Notes: generated by a model from the sequence alone, not told the origin. 63,235 nt of DNA, filler included, from Globobulimina sp. (GCA_003354225.1; 57 parts of 57 records of this genome joined end to end with filler, not necessarily neighbours in it); one strand, 5' to 3'. Positions 37,022 to 51,025 are shown, counted from the whole stretch's first letter. Numbers and translations: made by a program.

Positions 37022-39075
37022 TGAATAAATAATCCAATATACCAATTTTTAATAAAGAATAAATAATAAATAAATAAATCAATCCATAAAATGACGTTGT
37101 CGAGACAGCCTCAGCCGAATTAGGAACCGGTCAGGCACTGAGTTATAAAGAGAGGAAGAGGCATGACCCAAAGTTTCGACTCTAGTTACTGTCAGTATAC
37201 CGACAACGTGTATTTTGGCCAACGACGGTTGATATTTGAACCAAAACACCTATCCGTAATTAATTTGCGTATAAAATAATTACCATTTTATAATTAATGA
37301 ATTTAATTAAAACCATGCACCATTTCAAGTTTTTGAAGTCTCTGAAAAAAGTGTTAATTGGAAGTGAAAAAAGATATTTTACATTTGATCTCTATCTGGA
37401 GATCATATTAACTGATTACGGAATATATGCAATTTGGAATCTTAGTATCTTACCATACCCACCCACACCGCCAGCCGGCCACACCACACCCACATCCACA
37501 CCCACACACGCACCGCACCGCCAGCCAGCCACAACCAAAAGAGAGTCCGAATAGAAATCACTAGAATTTCAAACATGAAAATTAAAAATGTGTGAAAAGA
37601 TGATCATGACTGACTTCGTTGTTTTATAATGATGGAGATGTCAGATGTTATAAAATGGTCATATAAAATGTTAGTATGTTCTGTACATTATAATNNNNNN
37701 NNNNNNNNNNNNNNNNNNNNNNNNNNNNNNNNNNNNNNTTAATTAATTAANNNNNNNNNNNNNNNNNNNNNNNNNNNNNNNNNNNNNNNNNNNNGGAAAA
37801 GCATTTGTTGCCAAACAAGCTGAAGATCTCAAAAATCTGTTGGATGATATTCCAATTCCTTCAACAAGTATATTGAAGTAAATGTGTTTGTGTTGCATTT
37901 CATAATTTGTTGATTCTTAATTGAGCCACACTTGTGAAGTTTTGGAAATGTTCGGCACTTCAATTTTATCGAGATGTCACACTATCGATCTCCAACCAAC
38001 GCCATAACCCAGTCCTCGAATCATATACGAACTCATTCTAGCTATTTTCGCGAGATTTGTCAAGATTGAAGCATTGAAATCAATGGTGTATACAATTCTA
38101 TTCAAATGAAAACGACACAACATCCCGATCAGAAACGACAACAGATTTTAATCACATCAGTCGTGACAAACATTAATATATGGATTGTTTTGAAGCATTT
38201 TGTGAGTGGGACATTATAAGGAATGGATATCAATGTGATTATATTATTTATTGGATCATATATTTGTGATTATATTATTTATACACTATATTTGCCAAAG
38301 AACGTGTTTAATTTTTTAACTCGGTGCAACCCGTTCCATAGAGGTCGACCAAAATTGGTTCTTTGGCATTGACACATTATTTGTGAAGCATCAGATTACA
38401 TAAAACATATATCATTGATATTTAAATTTGATATATGTAAGAAAAGTTCTTGTGTGTTTGGAAACTTTGTTTTTTTGCGTTGTTATGTTGATGTTTCCAT
38501 TTGTACGCATGCAGAATATTGTCAGATCAGCGTGTACATGGAAAGATGAATACACAATGATCTGCCTTCTCAAATCTCGCGAAAATGTGACAGAATTGTT
38601 GTATTAAATATCTATATGCAACAACTACATAATATAATATTGAAATTCTAGTGATATGAACGCATTGCTAGTATGTTCAAATATGAATCCCAAAAGAAGC
38701 TGTTTTTCACAAGTGTGTGGCATTACCAAGCAAACAGCCAGATATTCTTCGATCAACTTCTGTAAATTTAACGCGAGGACTTGGGGAGAAACAGAAGTTT
38801 GAAAANNNNNNNNNNNNNNNNNNNNNNNNNNNNNNNNNNNNNNNNNNNNTTAATTAATTAANNNNNNNNNNNNNNNNNNNNNNNNNNNNNNNNNNNNNNN
38901 NNNNNCATAAATTAGCATAAATTATGAAGTTTTAAAATTTAATTTTACTCGAATATTATTCGGGACATTATGACCTCTAATTTGATCTATATATTTCTAT
39001 ATAATATCAAGAAATCGAAAAGTCGAAATTAGACAACTAATTAGCATAAATTAACATAAATTATTATCTCCAACC

Positions 39076-39178
39076 AATAAATCCCAACAACCCCCGTTTC
39101 AAAATGTCTCTGTTTGGAACAAACTAATAAATCCAAACAACCCCCGTTTCAATATGTCTCTGTTTGCAACAAACTAAT
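39076..39178. repeat. 50-bp tandem duplication
   Basis: AATAAATCC(C/A)AACAACCCCCGTTTCAA..TGTCTCTGTTTG.AACAAACT twice. Confidence 0.85.
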
Positions 39179-40016
39179 TTTAATTCATAAATAAAAGATA
39201 TATAAAAATATTTAATTCATAAATAAAAGATTCGAAAAGATCAGAAAATGTTTTGTCTATTTGTCAAAAATAAAATGTCAGAAATATGGATTCACAATTG
39301 ACCCGCCAGATGTGCTCGTGTCGCTCTTCTCGGCGTCAATAATTTGTCGCCAGACAACAATAACAAAACCCGAATACTAAATCTCTTCATCACTGGTTTA
39401 GGACCGTGCGTGTAGTTAGCGAAAACCCGAATACTAAAACACCAAATATGGTATATTTTTTGAACGTTAATAACTAATTATTGAAACAAAATTTTTAAAA
39501 TCCGAGAGCGCTATCCCCAATCATTTTCGATCAGCTATCCAACGAGCCATCGATCACTTCGATCCGTCAGACAGTTTTCTCAAACATTATGTCAACAAAC
39601 AACTCCAGCCACAACTCCACACACAATCACCAAATGTATAAGTAGATAATGATTTAAGTTTTGTTTTGTTATTTACACCTGTAAAATGAAAACTCCTAAA
39701 ATGTGCGGCTGCAGCACCCTAGTTGTCAAAATTGGTTTTGCTTTTTTTGACAATAAGGAATATCACTACCTTCTCTGTAAGGACAAACCTATGGCAATAT
39801 AAGTTCACATGAGGTTTCTTGTTCATTTCCTGTGAGAATATTCTCACACTTGCATGTGTTCTCATCTTGTGATGGATAGCTTACACAAATAACCGATGGT
39901 CCCTACAATTAATCATNNNNNNNNNNNNNNNNNNNNNNNNNNNNNNNNNNNNNNNNNNNNTTAATTAATTAANNNNNNNNNNNNNNNNNNNNNNNNNNNN
40001 NNNNNNNNNNNNNNNN

Positions 40017-40482
40017 ATTCTAATGTTTTTGTAGATATCAAATGTAAAACGGCGTATCTCCAACTTAATAATGACGTTAATTGTAATTTTGATGAGTAAA
40101 ACAAACAATAGACAGCAAATGAGATCAATATAGCAAATATAATGGCGCATAACCACAGCCATAACACCTCGATGGACGGTAAATAACCCATAAAATACGT
40201 AATTGAATAAACAATGCAGGATGTGATGATAATGGATATTAACAGCTTGGTGCAATTATTTATTCGTTTGTATCTAAGGTATGCGTTTGATATATTTGGC
40301 TCCGAATTTGTCATCAAATATTTTAAATCATTTAATACATTCTGTTGTGCGTCGTGATGGAATTCATGAAATGACGCACCTATTTTCTGCAATATATGAG
40401 TATGCGATGGAGATTTAAGATTAAAATGATATTCTAACACTAAATTGGGATGGCTGTATTTGTTTGGAGCTACGTTGCCCAT
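40017..40482 (-). CDS. Small membrane protein with two TM helices, 3' partial
   Basis: ATG start (MGN, possible myristoylation site) and two hydrophobic segments. Confidence 0.55.
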
Positions 40483-41127
40483 AATTTGATTAATTTCAGA
40501 GTGTTTTTTTTGAGTGACACTGTTTTCACTTTAATAAATAATGAAATAAGTAAATAATTAAACATTAATTTGTTTTTTTTTAAACGAAGGAATACGAAAG
40601 TTATGTTTTAGTTTGAATATTAAAAAATCATTTGGTGAATTCCATATAAATTGCCAATTTGGTCGATAATTACTCCATCGATTTTTAGTAATTAACATAA
40701 ATTTATCGTTTATTTTAACTCGATAACAACTTACTATTTTATCCTGAATTTCCTTCAAATATTTCCCAACAATTATTTCCAACGAATCACATGAACGAAT
40801 CCAAACATTTAATGATAATCCGACATATTTCAAATCATTAATTTTTTTAATATCGGTTTTAATATTTAACGATGTCGATGTTTGTACAAATTTTATTGTC
40901 AATTTAATATTTCTGAATGGTTCAAATGGTTTTGTTTTCATCATAAATAAATCCCATTCTCTTCGTTCCTCTGTAATAATATCATCCATTTCATATAACA
41001 AATAATTATCTCGATATAACATGTGTTNNNNNNNNNNNNNNNNNNNNNNNNNNNNNNNNNNNNNNNNNNNNTTAATTAATTAANNNNNNNNNNNNNNNNN
41101 NNNNNNNNNNNNNNNNNNNNNNNNNNN

Positions 41128-41316
41128 GTTCGATTGACCCAGTGGAGTTTTGGCGGCTCAACAAATCAAATGTTCAGATGTGTAAAATCTGAGCAGGGAT
41201 ATTTTATACAAGCAAAGCCTTCGGCAAAATATATATCAGTGAGTGGTACTAAAATAGTTCAATCGGATACAAAACAGCCTTTTGTATGCAGAAAAATTCC
41301 ATATTCAGCAGTTTAA
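41128..41316 (+). CDS. Ricin-B/beta-trefoil lectin-like C-terminal fragment
   Basis: LTQWSFGGSTNQMFR..GYFIQAKPSAKYISVSG..IVQ. Confidence 0.5.
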   Translation, partial: VRLTQWSFGGSTNQMFRCVKSEQGYFIQAKPSAKYISVSGTKIVQSDTKQPFVCRKIPYSAV

Positions 41317-42365
41317 AAATCCTCAAATATTACAAAAAATTGGAAAAATACAAAAAAAAAATTGGTCAGGACAAGAAATAAATTGCTTAGGACAAGAAAT
41401 GGTGCTTTTCCATAAAATAAATTGCTTAGGACACAAATTAAATTGAACATGACATAAATTATTTTGAATATGACATTGAGACAAAAAATAAATTGCGCAT
41501 AACAAAAAAAAAATTGAAGGGAAAGTAGAAGACAACCATAAAAGTGTAAACAAAACAACCATAAAAGTAGAAGACAACCATAAAAGTGTAAACAAAACAA
41601 CCATAAAAGTAGAAGACAACCATAGAAGTCTAAACCAAAAAAATAAATGTACAATAATCTCGGTGCAAAATAAATGTTGGGATTTAGACCCAAATCACCA
41701 GTTAACTGGTGGCTCTTTTTGAGCTACATTTATTTTTTTGTTTTACATTCTGAGCAATGTAAATTTGTGTACATATTTTCTTAGATTGGTGGGAATATGA
41801 AACCAGCTTTTTGTGCGTCTGTTCTGCCTGGCGGTGGAGCCCAGACTTTGTGCGTTTGTTCGGTCTGGCGGTGGAGCCAGGACTTTTCCGGTTCATAACT
41901 CCCCAACCAACACAATCCCAATATTAATATCCATAAATCACTCCAATCCTAATGCTAATAATAATATCTATATTTTGTATGAAACGTTTAATACAAACGT
42001 TTTTGTATAATAAAACATGAACTTAACTGACATATCCATAGTGAATACACCATATCCACTTCCTAGTTCTTTGCTGCAGAGTAGCATCGAAAGGATGATG
42101 CGTGATGTGTGATGTGTGAAGTAAGGTTAAATTCTACTNNNNNNNNNNNNNNNNNNNNNNNNNNNNNNNNNNNNNNNNNNNNTTAATTAATTAANNNNNN
42201 NNNNNNNNNNNNNNNNNNNNNNNNNNNNNNNNNNNNNNTACTTATGTAACTTCTGTATATATTTATTGTGAAAAGCAGAGCATAATAAGTTGCACATTTT
42301 ATTACCTTATTGCACAACGAAACAGACTTTAGTAGTTGTGGATCATCAAAAACCTCAAAGTAAAC

Positions 42366-43082
42366 ATGGGTTTCTTTCCACACTTGAATGCGGATAATCG
42401 TAATATATTGATTTGTTTGGGAACATTTATTGGAAGCCATACTATTATGTCTCACGGTCCAATTCGAGAAAAATTAGTTGCAGCGTGTGGTAATAACAAA
42501 ATTTTTTCAGCGATTTATGGATTGATAAGCCTTGGCCTATTAATTCCTGCATCGTATATTTATTTTAAACGTACGCGAGGAACTGGTGAGACGGTATCCT
42601 GGTTGGATGGAAATAAAGATTTATGCCTAAATATTGGATTAGTATTAGCAATAAAAGCAGCATTTATTATTCCTTTGTTGGGATCAGGCAAATTAGTGCA
42701 GCCCGCTATGAACAAAAAACAGAAACAAAAATTGGGAGCAGTGAGTTCATTGCGTGGTGTATTGAGAATTACGAGACATCCGCTGTTTTGGATGATTGGT
42801 TTATTTTGTACGTCACAAATACTTCGAGGTCAAAGATATAGCGATATTTATTTTTTTTTACCCTTTGTATTTGAAGCAATGATTGGTTCATTGCATCAGG
42901 ACCAACGGTTAAGACATTGGTATTCGGCGGAATTTTATGAGAATTCGTCATGGTTTCCATATTTTGCAATGTTGAAAGGAACACAGTCATTGCCACAAGC
43001 TATCAATGAAATTGGTTATTCACGTCTTGCTGTTTCATTTGCATTGTCTGCCATCACGGTTTGGTATCTCACAAAGAAATAA
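42366..43082 (+). CDS. nnrU: NnrU-family membrane protein, complete
   Basis: FIGSH..IREKLV..IYGLISL; GVLRITRHPLFW; IGSLHQDQR; FYENSSWFPYFAMLKG. Confidence 0.85.
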   Translation: MGFFPHLNADNRNILICLGTFIGSHTIMSHGPIREKLVAACGNNKIFSAIYGLISLGLLIPASYIYFKRTRGTGETVSWLDGNKDLCLNIGLVLAIKAAFIIPLLGSGKLVQPAMNKKQKQKLGAVSSLRGVLRITRHPLFWMIGLFCTSQILRGQRYSDIYFFLPFVFEAMIGSLHQDQRLRHWYSAEFYENSSWFPYFAMLKGTQSLPQAINEIGYSRLAVSFALSAITVWYLTKK

Positions 43083-44257
43083 TGTCAAATATGTACAATT
43101 AAATATAGACTTATTTATTATTTCATTAATATTTTACCTTTGCAACTGTGCGTTATTAAAACTAGTCATCACTATTGCAATTTTTTTAAATCAGCGAGTA
43201 TATCAAAATTTGAAATTTGAATATCTTGAATGTCATTGATTTTACAAATNNNNNNNNNNNNNNNNNNNNNNNNNNNNNNNNNNNNNNNNNNNNTTAATTA
43301 ATTAANNNNNNNNNNNNNNNNNNNNNNNNNNNNNNNNNNNNNNNNNNNNAGTAATCATCCAATGGTATCCAGTAGAATGTAAAGAATTAACGAATTTTGA
43401 ATTTTTTTCTCTGAATGAAATGGAACCTTGGAATATTTTCAATTTGAATTTAGTTTGTCATTTATTTTGTTCATGTTATTAACAATGGAATCTGAACGGA
43501 ATATTACATCAATGTGGCTAGGACTGCTAAGTGTATGGACTTGGAGAAGAAAAGGGATGGTGATTGGGTTGGCTCGAATACAAGGTACTGTAGCAATACA
43601 GCGTGAATCATGTATGGTGATGGGATACCATCGATTTGACCGAAACAACCTCAGGAAAGTGTATAGTGAAAACTTTCCAGTCTATCAGTGTTAGATAGTT
43701 TCGACTCCAATGTTCAACAGTTCCAAATTCATTGCAAGAATGGTATTGGCAAGAAGCAAACTAATGAATAGGCGGAAACGTGCGCACTACTGGTATCAAT
43801 AATGGAATTGCCTGGCACGGGGTATTCCTGGTGGCCGTCTGGAGCCAAAAAGGAAGTTTACTTCTTCTCAATATATTCAACCTACTCTCAAGGAACTGGC
43901 ACTTGTATAGAATAGAAGAACGTATTAGAAGTCTGATGTTTCAACGATTCGAAAGGAACACGGACCTGTATATACTATTAATTTAGTACACGCCTCAACG
44001 TTACCAGATTCAATGTACATATGATTAACCATTTTATCATAAAATGATGAGAAGAGACCAATGACTACTACAACAATATCTTGCAGAATGGACGGGGATT
44101 ATCTCAAAAATCCAATTGAACAACAACGATAACAACACACGACAGCACAACCAGATATGTAGAACTTCAAATCTTCTTTAGAATTCAATCCATAAATCAA
44201 CTATTCCAGCGGATTGAGAGACTTCGTAAACAACATCTTCAGAAGTAGCAAGAACTT

Positions 44258-44360
44258 CATCGGAGTGTGAAACTCTAGTTAACAAAATCTCTGGATCGGA
44301 GTGGACACTTCGTAATCAAAATCATCGGAGTGTGAAATTATAGTCAACAAAATCATCGGA
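44258..44360. repeat. ~30-bp degenerate tandem repeat with ATCGGAGTG core
   Basis: Three to four copies to the contig end. Confidence 0.7.
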
Positions 44361-44712
44361 NNNNNNNNNNNNNNNNNNNNNNNNNNNNNNNNNNNNNNNN
44401 NNNNTTAATTAATTAANNNNNNNNNNNNNNNNNNNNNNNNNNNNNNNNNNNNNNNNNNNNGATATATTATTAACATCATACAGTAAATGTAAAATATTAT
44501 GGCAGCAACAACAAAATAGAATGGAATCTGTTTCTGATTTTATTTCCGAAGTTGTTGTGCAAAAATACAAAGCAAAAGTTACTTTTTTTTATTTTTTATA
44601 CATTTATTACTTTGCCTGTAGTCTGCACATTGTTTGGAATGATCTGTTTTTCAGATTACTATCCTTGCACTCATTTTAGATCTAATACAATATTTTTGAA
44701 AATATACAGGAT

Positions 44713-45471
44713 TTGGTATCTGAAAATGAACAATTTTCCCGGGTTTCGACTACAAAGTATAATGAAGAAATTACCAAATATACAAAAACACAACAAACAA
44801 GATTGAAATTAGAAACTGAGTTAAAAACGACATTAAAAGAATTAAACAGATATTGTGATAAAGAAAATAAATTAAATAAACAAAAATGTGAATTATTGGA
44901 TTCGTTGAACATTTCGAGAACAGAGATGGATGGATATAAGTTAATATTGACCAGATCCTCTGATTTAATTAAACAATATCGACAATTTGATGATGTAAAT
45001 GAAGAAAATATTGAAAAAATGAAGAAATATTTTGAAAGCAAATGGGATAAATGTATGCAGAGTTGGTATGAATGGGATTGTGAATCAATTATTTGTTGGA
45101 TACAATATTTGCAGGAAAAGAAAGAATTAATGCTATCGAATGAGATCAATTTACAAAAAATATTAAAACAAATGAAAAACGCTAAAGTGATTGGAAAGTC
45201 TTTTTTAAAAATTGATAAAGATGATTTAAAATCCATTGGGTTTGAGATATTAAGTGATAGAAAAGAGGTTTTTAAGAATATACGACAATTAATATCAAAA
45301 TATCCAATTAATAAATCGGACGAAGGGCAGATAAATGATACAATGACAAAAAATAAAGTACCGAAAGAATTTTTATGTCCGTTAAGTAAAGAGATAATGA
45401 AGAATCCGGTGACAATATTTGATGGCAATACCTATGAATTGACAGCAATTAATGTATACTTAAAAAAACAT
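44713..45471 (+). CDS. Coiled-coil, SAM and U-box domain protein, partial
   Basis: WDCESIICWI..GKSFLKIDKDDLKSIGF; VPKEFLCPLSKEIMKNPVTIFDGNTYE. Confidence 0.9.
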
Positions 45472-45575
45472 NNNNNNNNNNNNNNNNNNNNNNNNNNNNN
45501 NNNNNNNNNNNNNNNTTAATTAATTAANNNNNNNNNNNNNNNNNNNNNNNNNNNNNNNNNNNNNNNNNNNNCAGT

Positions 45576-45917
45576 TTATTGCCTTTCATACTGAACACCC
45601 ATTTGAATAACGTTAGTGGGCAATTTCATAACCGCTAAAAATAAACTTACATTGCCTTGTCCATATTTTTTTGTTCCGTTTGGATAGCATTTTAATTTCC
45701 AAATTCCATCAGAGAATACAAATTCATTGCTTTCAAAACCTTCACCTGTTCCTGCGTTTAAAAATGCTTCAAATAAATCTCCCTCCACAGTCCATGTAAA
45801 TTCAATTTGACCATCAACTGATGATATCTCAGTCTTTGTATTGGATGCTTGATATGCATTTTTTAGATTGATACCAATATTAGCTGCCATGTACTTGTTC
45901 TCTGACCGAGAATTCAT
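45576..45917 (-). CDS. MATH-domain protein fragment
   Basis: FTWTV..FESNEF..WKLKCYPNG..GNVSLFL. Confidence 0.8.
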   Translation of the reverse strand: MNSRSENKYMAANIGINLKNAYQASNTKTEISSVDGQIEFTWTVEGDLFEAFLNAGTGEGFESNEFVFSDGIWKLKCYPNGTKKYGQGNVSLFLAVMKLPTNVIQMGVQYERQ

Positions 45918-46682
45918 TAAAAAACTTTTACTTTATTTAAATGGACAGTATTAGTAATATTTAAAATTTTTAAAATTGGAATTGGTTGAAATCTCTGAAC
46001 TGAATTGAAAATAGCATTCAATTGCAATTGTAAAGAGTTTTGTAGTTAACTTTGACAATATGTACAAAGAGATGCAAATAAATCTTTGCTATCAGAACAA
46101 AGCAGATAAAAAGAGTTATAAAACAATACAATTAAATCAAATCAATACAATTAAAGCACCAGTCTCATTTGTTTATTATTACTTTGTCCAACACCAATAT
46201 TCATATGCCCGGATATCAAATTATTATTATTATTAGTATTAGTATTATTTGACAGTGTTATAAATCCAGGAATTGCAGATGATGATGGTGGTGGTGCAGA
46301 TAATGTATATCCATTGCTATTTCTATTGCGATTGCTATTGCTACAATTATTTAAAGGAAATGATATTTTAAATGTATCCTCATTTATTATCGAATTTGAT
46401 GCCGTTTGAAATGAATTTAAACTTGGAATTGGTTGAAATGAATTTGAAACTGAAATAGCATTCGTTTGTGATTGCGATTGTAATGAGTTTGGGGTTGGTG
46501 GTATAAAATTTATTGGTAATTGCCCTGATAATGATGGCAATGGAAATGATATGCTATTATTATTCATTGGACATGGGAGTGGNNNNNNNNNNNNNNNNNN
46601 NNNNNNNNNNNNNNNNNNNNNNNNNNTTAATTAATTAANNNNNNNNNNNNNNNNNNNNNNNNNNNNNNNNNNNNNNNNNNNN

Positions 46683-47475
46683 GATAAATTAGATATTGAT
46701 AATATTGATATAAATTCATTGAAATGGATTGAAAATACAAAAGAAATAAAATCTAAAAAAAATAAATCTAAAAATAAATATAAAATTGAAGATATTAAAG
46801 CATTTCGTGCATATTTAGTCAGAATAAAAGCGAGAAATGAGAGTGGATGGGGTCCATATTCGAATATATTGACTGTAGTTACTAAAGAATGTATGTTATA
46901 TAACATAAAAATAAAAACCAATGTAATAAAATAATTGTTTAGGTGTAAAAATCTTGAAATTTAGTGATAAATTTAAGAGTTCGGATGGATTGATATTGTC
47001 GGACCATAGAAGAGCAGTAAAACGAACAGCAACGGGACACAAATATGTTTTGGGAGATATGAAGCCAGTGTTAAAAGGCAAACATTGTTGGAGAGTGAAG
47101 GTGAAAGATAATAAACATTGGATATTTTTTGGTGTAGCTGAACAGAAACAGCATACTGATAATAATTATAGTAATTCGTATGGATGTAGTGGCAGCACAC
47201 AATATTATAATAATAGCAATTCTGCTGTAAAATATAATTCTGCAAATACAGCTTATTTACATACTGCGCAATTTGTTGATATATTATTGGATGTCGATAA
47301 AGGTAATTTAAATATTTGTCAAGTTGGTAGTAAAGAAACAGGATCAAAATTTTGGGGGTTGCCAAAGATTGGATATGTTCCAGCGTTTAATATTCATGGT
47401 ACTGGGATTGAAATAAGATTGGCAAAAATTCCAGTTTCATGGTATGGTAAAAAGAAATCAATTAAATTTAGATAA
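46683..47475 (+). CDS. FN3 plus SPRY/B30.2 protein, C-terminal part; intron 46891-46942
   Basis: YLVRIKARNESGWGPYS; GTATGT..TTTAG intron; GKHCWRVKV..WIFFGVA..DILLDVDKGNL..YVPAF. Confidence 0.88.
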
Positions 47476-48174
47476 TTTTCAAACTATGTTGTTAAGAACG
47501 TTCGTTTTTACTCATCATTATAAAAAACACACATCTTTTTTTTTAATTTCTAGTAACTTCAGTTGATACATGATATGCGTTTGCTTCCTTTGATTAGATT
47601 TCGAGATTTTGATGCTCAATTGACTGATGATGAATTTTTTAAGCAATTTACGAAATCTTTAGGGAGAGAATTAATCACAAAAATATTATTTAANNNNNNN
47701 NNNNNNNNNNNNNNNNNNNNNNNNNNNNNNNNNNNNNTTAATTAATTAANNNNNNNNNNNNNNNNNNNNNNNNNNNNNNNNNNNNNNNNNNNNTAATCAC
47801 TGTGAAATTCAGATGATGGATCAAATCCTTTTTGTTGAATTTGTTCATCTTCTTCGTATGGATTAATAAATAACGTCTTGATGTCATTGCACAAAAAAAA
47901 CAAACTTGATGTGGTACATTCACCATACTCGCAATCTGTCATTCAAATTATCTGAATTTTTGCCAATGAGAGTTTTTGTAAATGAGAGTCCATGCAAATT
48001 TTGAGTGAGAGTTTTTGTAATTGAAGTTTTTTTTTCAACAACACCTTTATCATCCCTTCGCTTCATTCGCCAACCTGTATGATATTTGTCCTTTTGTTGC
48101 GTCACATAACTCACAAAAAACCCAAATATTGTTTTTGAAGTTATTTATTACCGTTGATATAGAACGCATAAATA

Positions 48175-48663
48175 ATGGCTTGGAGAGACAAAAAAATCAA
48201 AAAATGGACCAACAAAGACTTAATGGATTGGGTAAAAAGCATTGGTTTATCCGATAAATGGAAAAGCACAATGTGTGAAGCCCTAGAATTGACGGGGTGT
48301 ACCGGCCAGGATTGGTTTGCGCTAAAATCAGGCAAAGATTTAGCAAATTCATTCGATATCAAACAACCGATGTTAGCAAACCGAGTGTATCGCGAATTTA
48401 AGAAAATCAAAGAGGAGAAAGTAAAGAAAGTAGCATCCGCTGCAGCGGTTAAAGTGGGTTATGTGCCACCTCCAGAAGCTGACGAACAAAAAGGATTTGC
48501 ATTACAATTATTCGGACAGAGTAAATATTGGAAAGTACCGCAGAAAGTCACTGCCAATACAACCATACGTCGCGTCAAAGAATTATACAAAGCGGAATCT
48601 GGGGTTGGCACCGCCGTGGAAGAAATTGTACTCATCGCAAAGGCCAAAGTATTAGGCGACAAT
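48175..48663 (+). CDS. SAM domain plus ubiquitin-like domain protein, first exon (probable intron from 48664)
   Basis: KWTNKDLMDWVKSIGL; TTIRRVKELYK..EEIVLIAKAKVLGDN followed by GTATG. Confidence 0.75.
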
Positions 48664-48904
48664 GTATGCAATATATCATATACACATTTTCAGTTTCAAA
48701 CCGAATTAAATTAAAAATACAAATTTTTCGGTTTGAATTTGAAATCAAAAAAAAAAGTCCATAAAATATTTTGCAGTTTGAGACTGAAATTTGTTTTTTT
48801 TTTGNNNNNNNNNNNNNNNNNNNNNNNNNNNNNNNNNNNNNNNNNNNNTTAATTAATTAANNNNNNNNNNNNNNNNNNNNNNNNNNNNNNNNNNNNNNNN
48901 NNNN

Positions 48905-49800
48905 TGGGTATCTTTAATTGCATTATTCACAGTAATATTATGGTCCAAATGATCTTGTGACATTGATTGGGATTGTGATTGATTTCTAAAAGAGGTTTGC
49001 ATTACTTGAACGATCGGGTCCTCAACCAACGACTGTACTACTTTTTCTGTTGATTTTAATTTACTTTTCACCTCTGCATTTTCGACTTCGAGCTGACGCG
49101 TACGTTCTAATAAATTTTGATATGTCATATCGCGATTCTGTTCAACATTCGATAAATCTGTACGGGTTTGCGCATTTGTGAGTTTTAACTGCTCGATTTC
49201 TCTTCGTAAACGATCGTTTTCTTTATGCGCTTCCACTTCGGTTACTGTAGCTATGAATTGTTCGGCCGAATTTGGCTGATTTTGTTGCTTATACGACCAA
49301 GCACTCGAATAGCTAAATAAACTCGAAATAACACCCGTAAAATTGTCTACAAAACCGATTCCAGTCGAAAATACAATTGGTTTGCTCGATCCAATCGATG
49401 GCAATTCTTGTTCAGGATTTTCTTCCTGTTCGGTCAACGCATTTTGCAACTGATCATTGGGCTTTCTGTACATACAAATTTGGGATTCTTTTTCACTTCC
49501 GACCGCACCATTTTCGGCAATTTCGTCTCCTTTTAACGTTATGCTTAACGAATTTTGCAAAATATCGAAATTGTCAATAATAGGATTGTCTAATCTATCT
49601 TGTCTACTTGTCGACTGCAAATTTTCGGTCGCCTGTACTGTACGAAGTATTTCTGACGATGTTTGGTGACAATCAACGATTTGAGTTTGATACTCCGATT
49701 TCGATTTCTCTGGCAATTCGGAAACTGAACTACACGACAATTTTGACGCATTTGCACGCATTTTAGGACAAGGTAAATGACTTAAATCTGTTTCAGACAT
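48905..49800 (-). CDS. Coiled-coil hypothetical protein, partial
   Basis: ~300-codon ORF with heptad-like C-terminal region. Confidence 0.5.
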
Positions 49801-50389
49801 CTCGAATTGCGTGGTAAATAGGTCAGCATAAGAGGTACTTCAATTGCGAAGCCCGTAATTGACACAAAACAACACAAGTTAGCTGCCACCACTGTAACAG
49901 TATGATGTAAGTGAGNNNNNNNNNNNNNNNNNNNNNNNNNNNNNNNNNNNNNNNNNNNNTTAATTAATTAANNNNNNNNNNNNNNNNNNNNNNNNNNNNN
50001 NNNNNNNNNNNNNNNCCGAAAACACAGTTTTTGGCCGAGGGGGTGGTGGGTGGGGAGCCTCCAAGGCCAAAAACTGTGTTTTCGGAACACGTTTCTCAGC
50101 CAAGATAAAAAGTTGAATATGAATACGATGCTTTATTCCCAAAAATGACCATCCAATTTTTTATATCATCATAATAATAAAAATAATATATGCTTTCTGC
50201 TTTTTTGATTGAGTTTATGGGAAAAAATTGAAATACAAACATCCATCCACCTATCAACTCTGGGGGTTCACCAATGGACTATATCGTTAAGCTAGTCGGC
50301 TAGTACAGACTGTACAGAAAACTTGAATGAAAGGGATAAAAGTCTGAAAAAAGAAAGTGAGAGTGAGTCTGTTGACAATGTAGCATCAT

Positions 50390-51025
50390 TCAATCATATG
50401 CGCGAGCACGACTTGAGAAATCGTTCAATGGATCATCGTCCTCAATAACCGATGATGATGGTGGTATATTCCATGCATTATTATTATTACTATTATAATC
50501 TAAATCATTCTGTTCGATTATAACCCTGTCATTGCAATGATTATTATTCTCCATTTCATCCTCAATCTCATTCTCATTCTCACCAAATGGATTATTGGGA
50601 TTATGTGAATTATGGGTATTATTTGCCTCATTCTCATACACTGGATTTTGAATTGCTTCATATTGAGTATCTTTGTAATAATAAATAGAATCAATGCCAA
50701 TGAACCATGATATCAAAACAACCAAACAATGATAACATACGATAACATCATATCGCTTATCATCTAAATAAAAATATGATGAAATTAATGTGGCCGAACC
50801 AGCCAATATTACTAACAAACTATTTATTAAAATCAAAGTTTTCCGGTTACTTTCATTCATCAAACACGCACAGCAAAAACAGCAACATTTCGAATGATCT
50901 TTTTCAAAGTTACCCGGTGTAATATTCTCGTTGTTATAAGGATTGCTGTCAGAAAATGAACGAGATGCTGACAGCGTATGTTTATAATCGGAAATAACTT
51001 TTTTATGCTGGCATCCAACGCATAT
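50390..51025 (-). CDS. Membrane protein C-terminus with Asn/Glu-rich tail
   Basis: Two hydrophobic helices then a low-complexity tail. Confidence 0.5.
   Translation of the reverse strand: MCVGCQHKKVISDYKHTLSASRSFSDSNPYNNENITPGNFEKDHSKCCCFCCACLMNESNRKTLILINSLLVILAGSATLISSYFYLDDKRYDVIVCYHCLVVLISWFIGIDSIYYYKDTQYEAIQNPVYENEANNTHNSHNPNNPFGENENEIEDEMENNNHCNDRVIIEQNDLDYNSNNNNAWNIPPSSSVIEDDDPLNDFSSRARAYD

Noticed and set aside
37795-38805. Possible decayed coding sequence (BTB/BACK-like)
   Set aside because: Stops in all frames and no motif I can support
1486-43082. GDH + FNT + NnrU as a nitrogen-metabolism gene cluster
   Set aside because: They lie on unrelated contigs ordered only by length, so there is no physical linkage
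44682-45428. 248-aa antisense ORF
   Set aside because: Shadow of the SAM/U-box gene on the opposite strand; the same applies to 59219-59731 and 54724-55317
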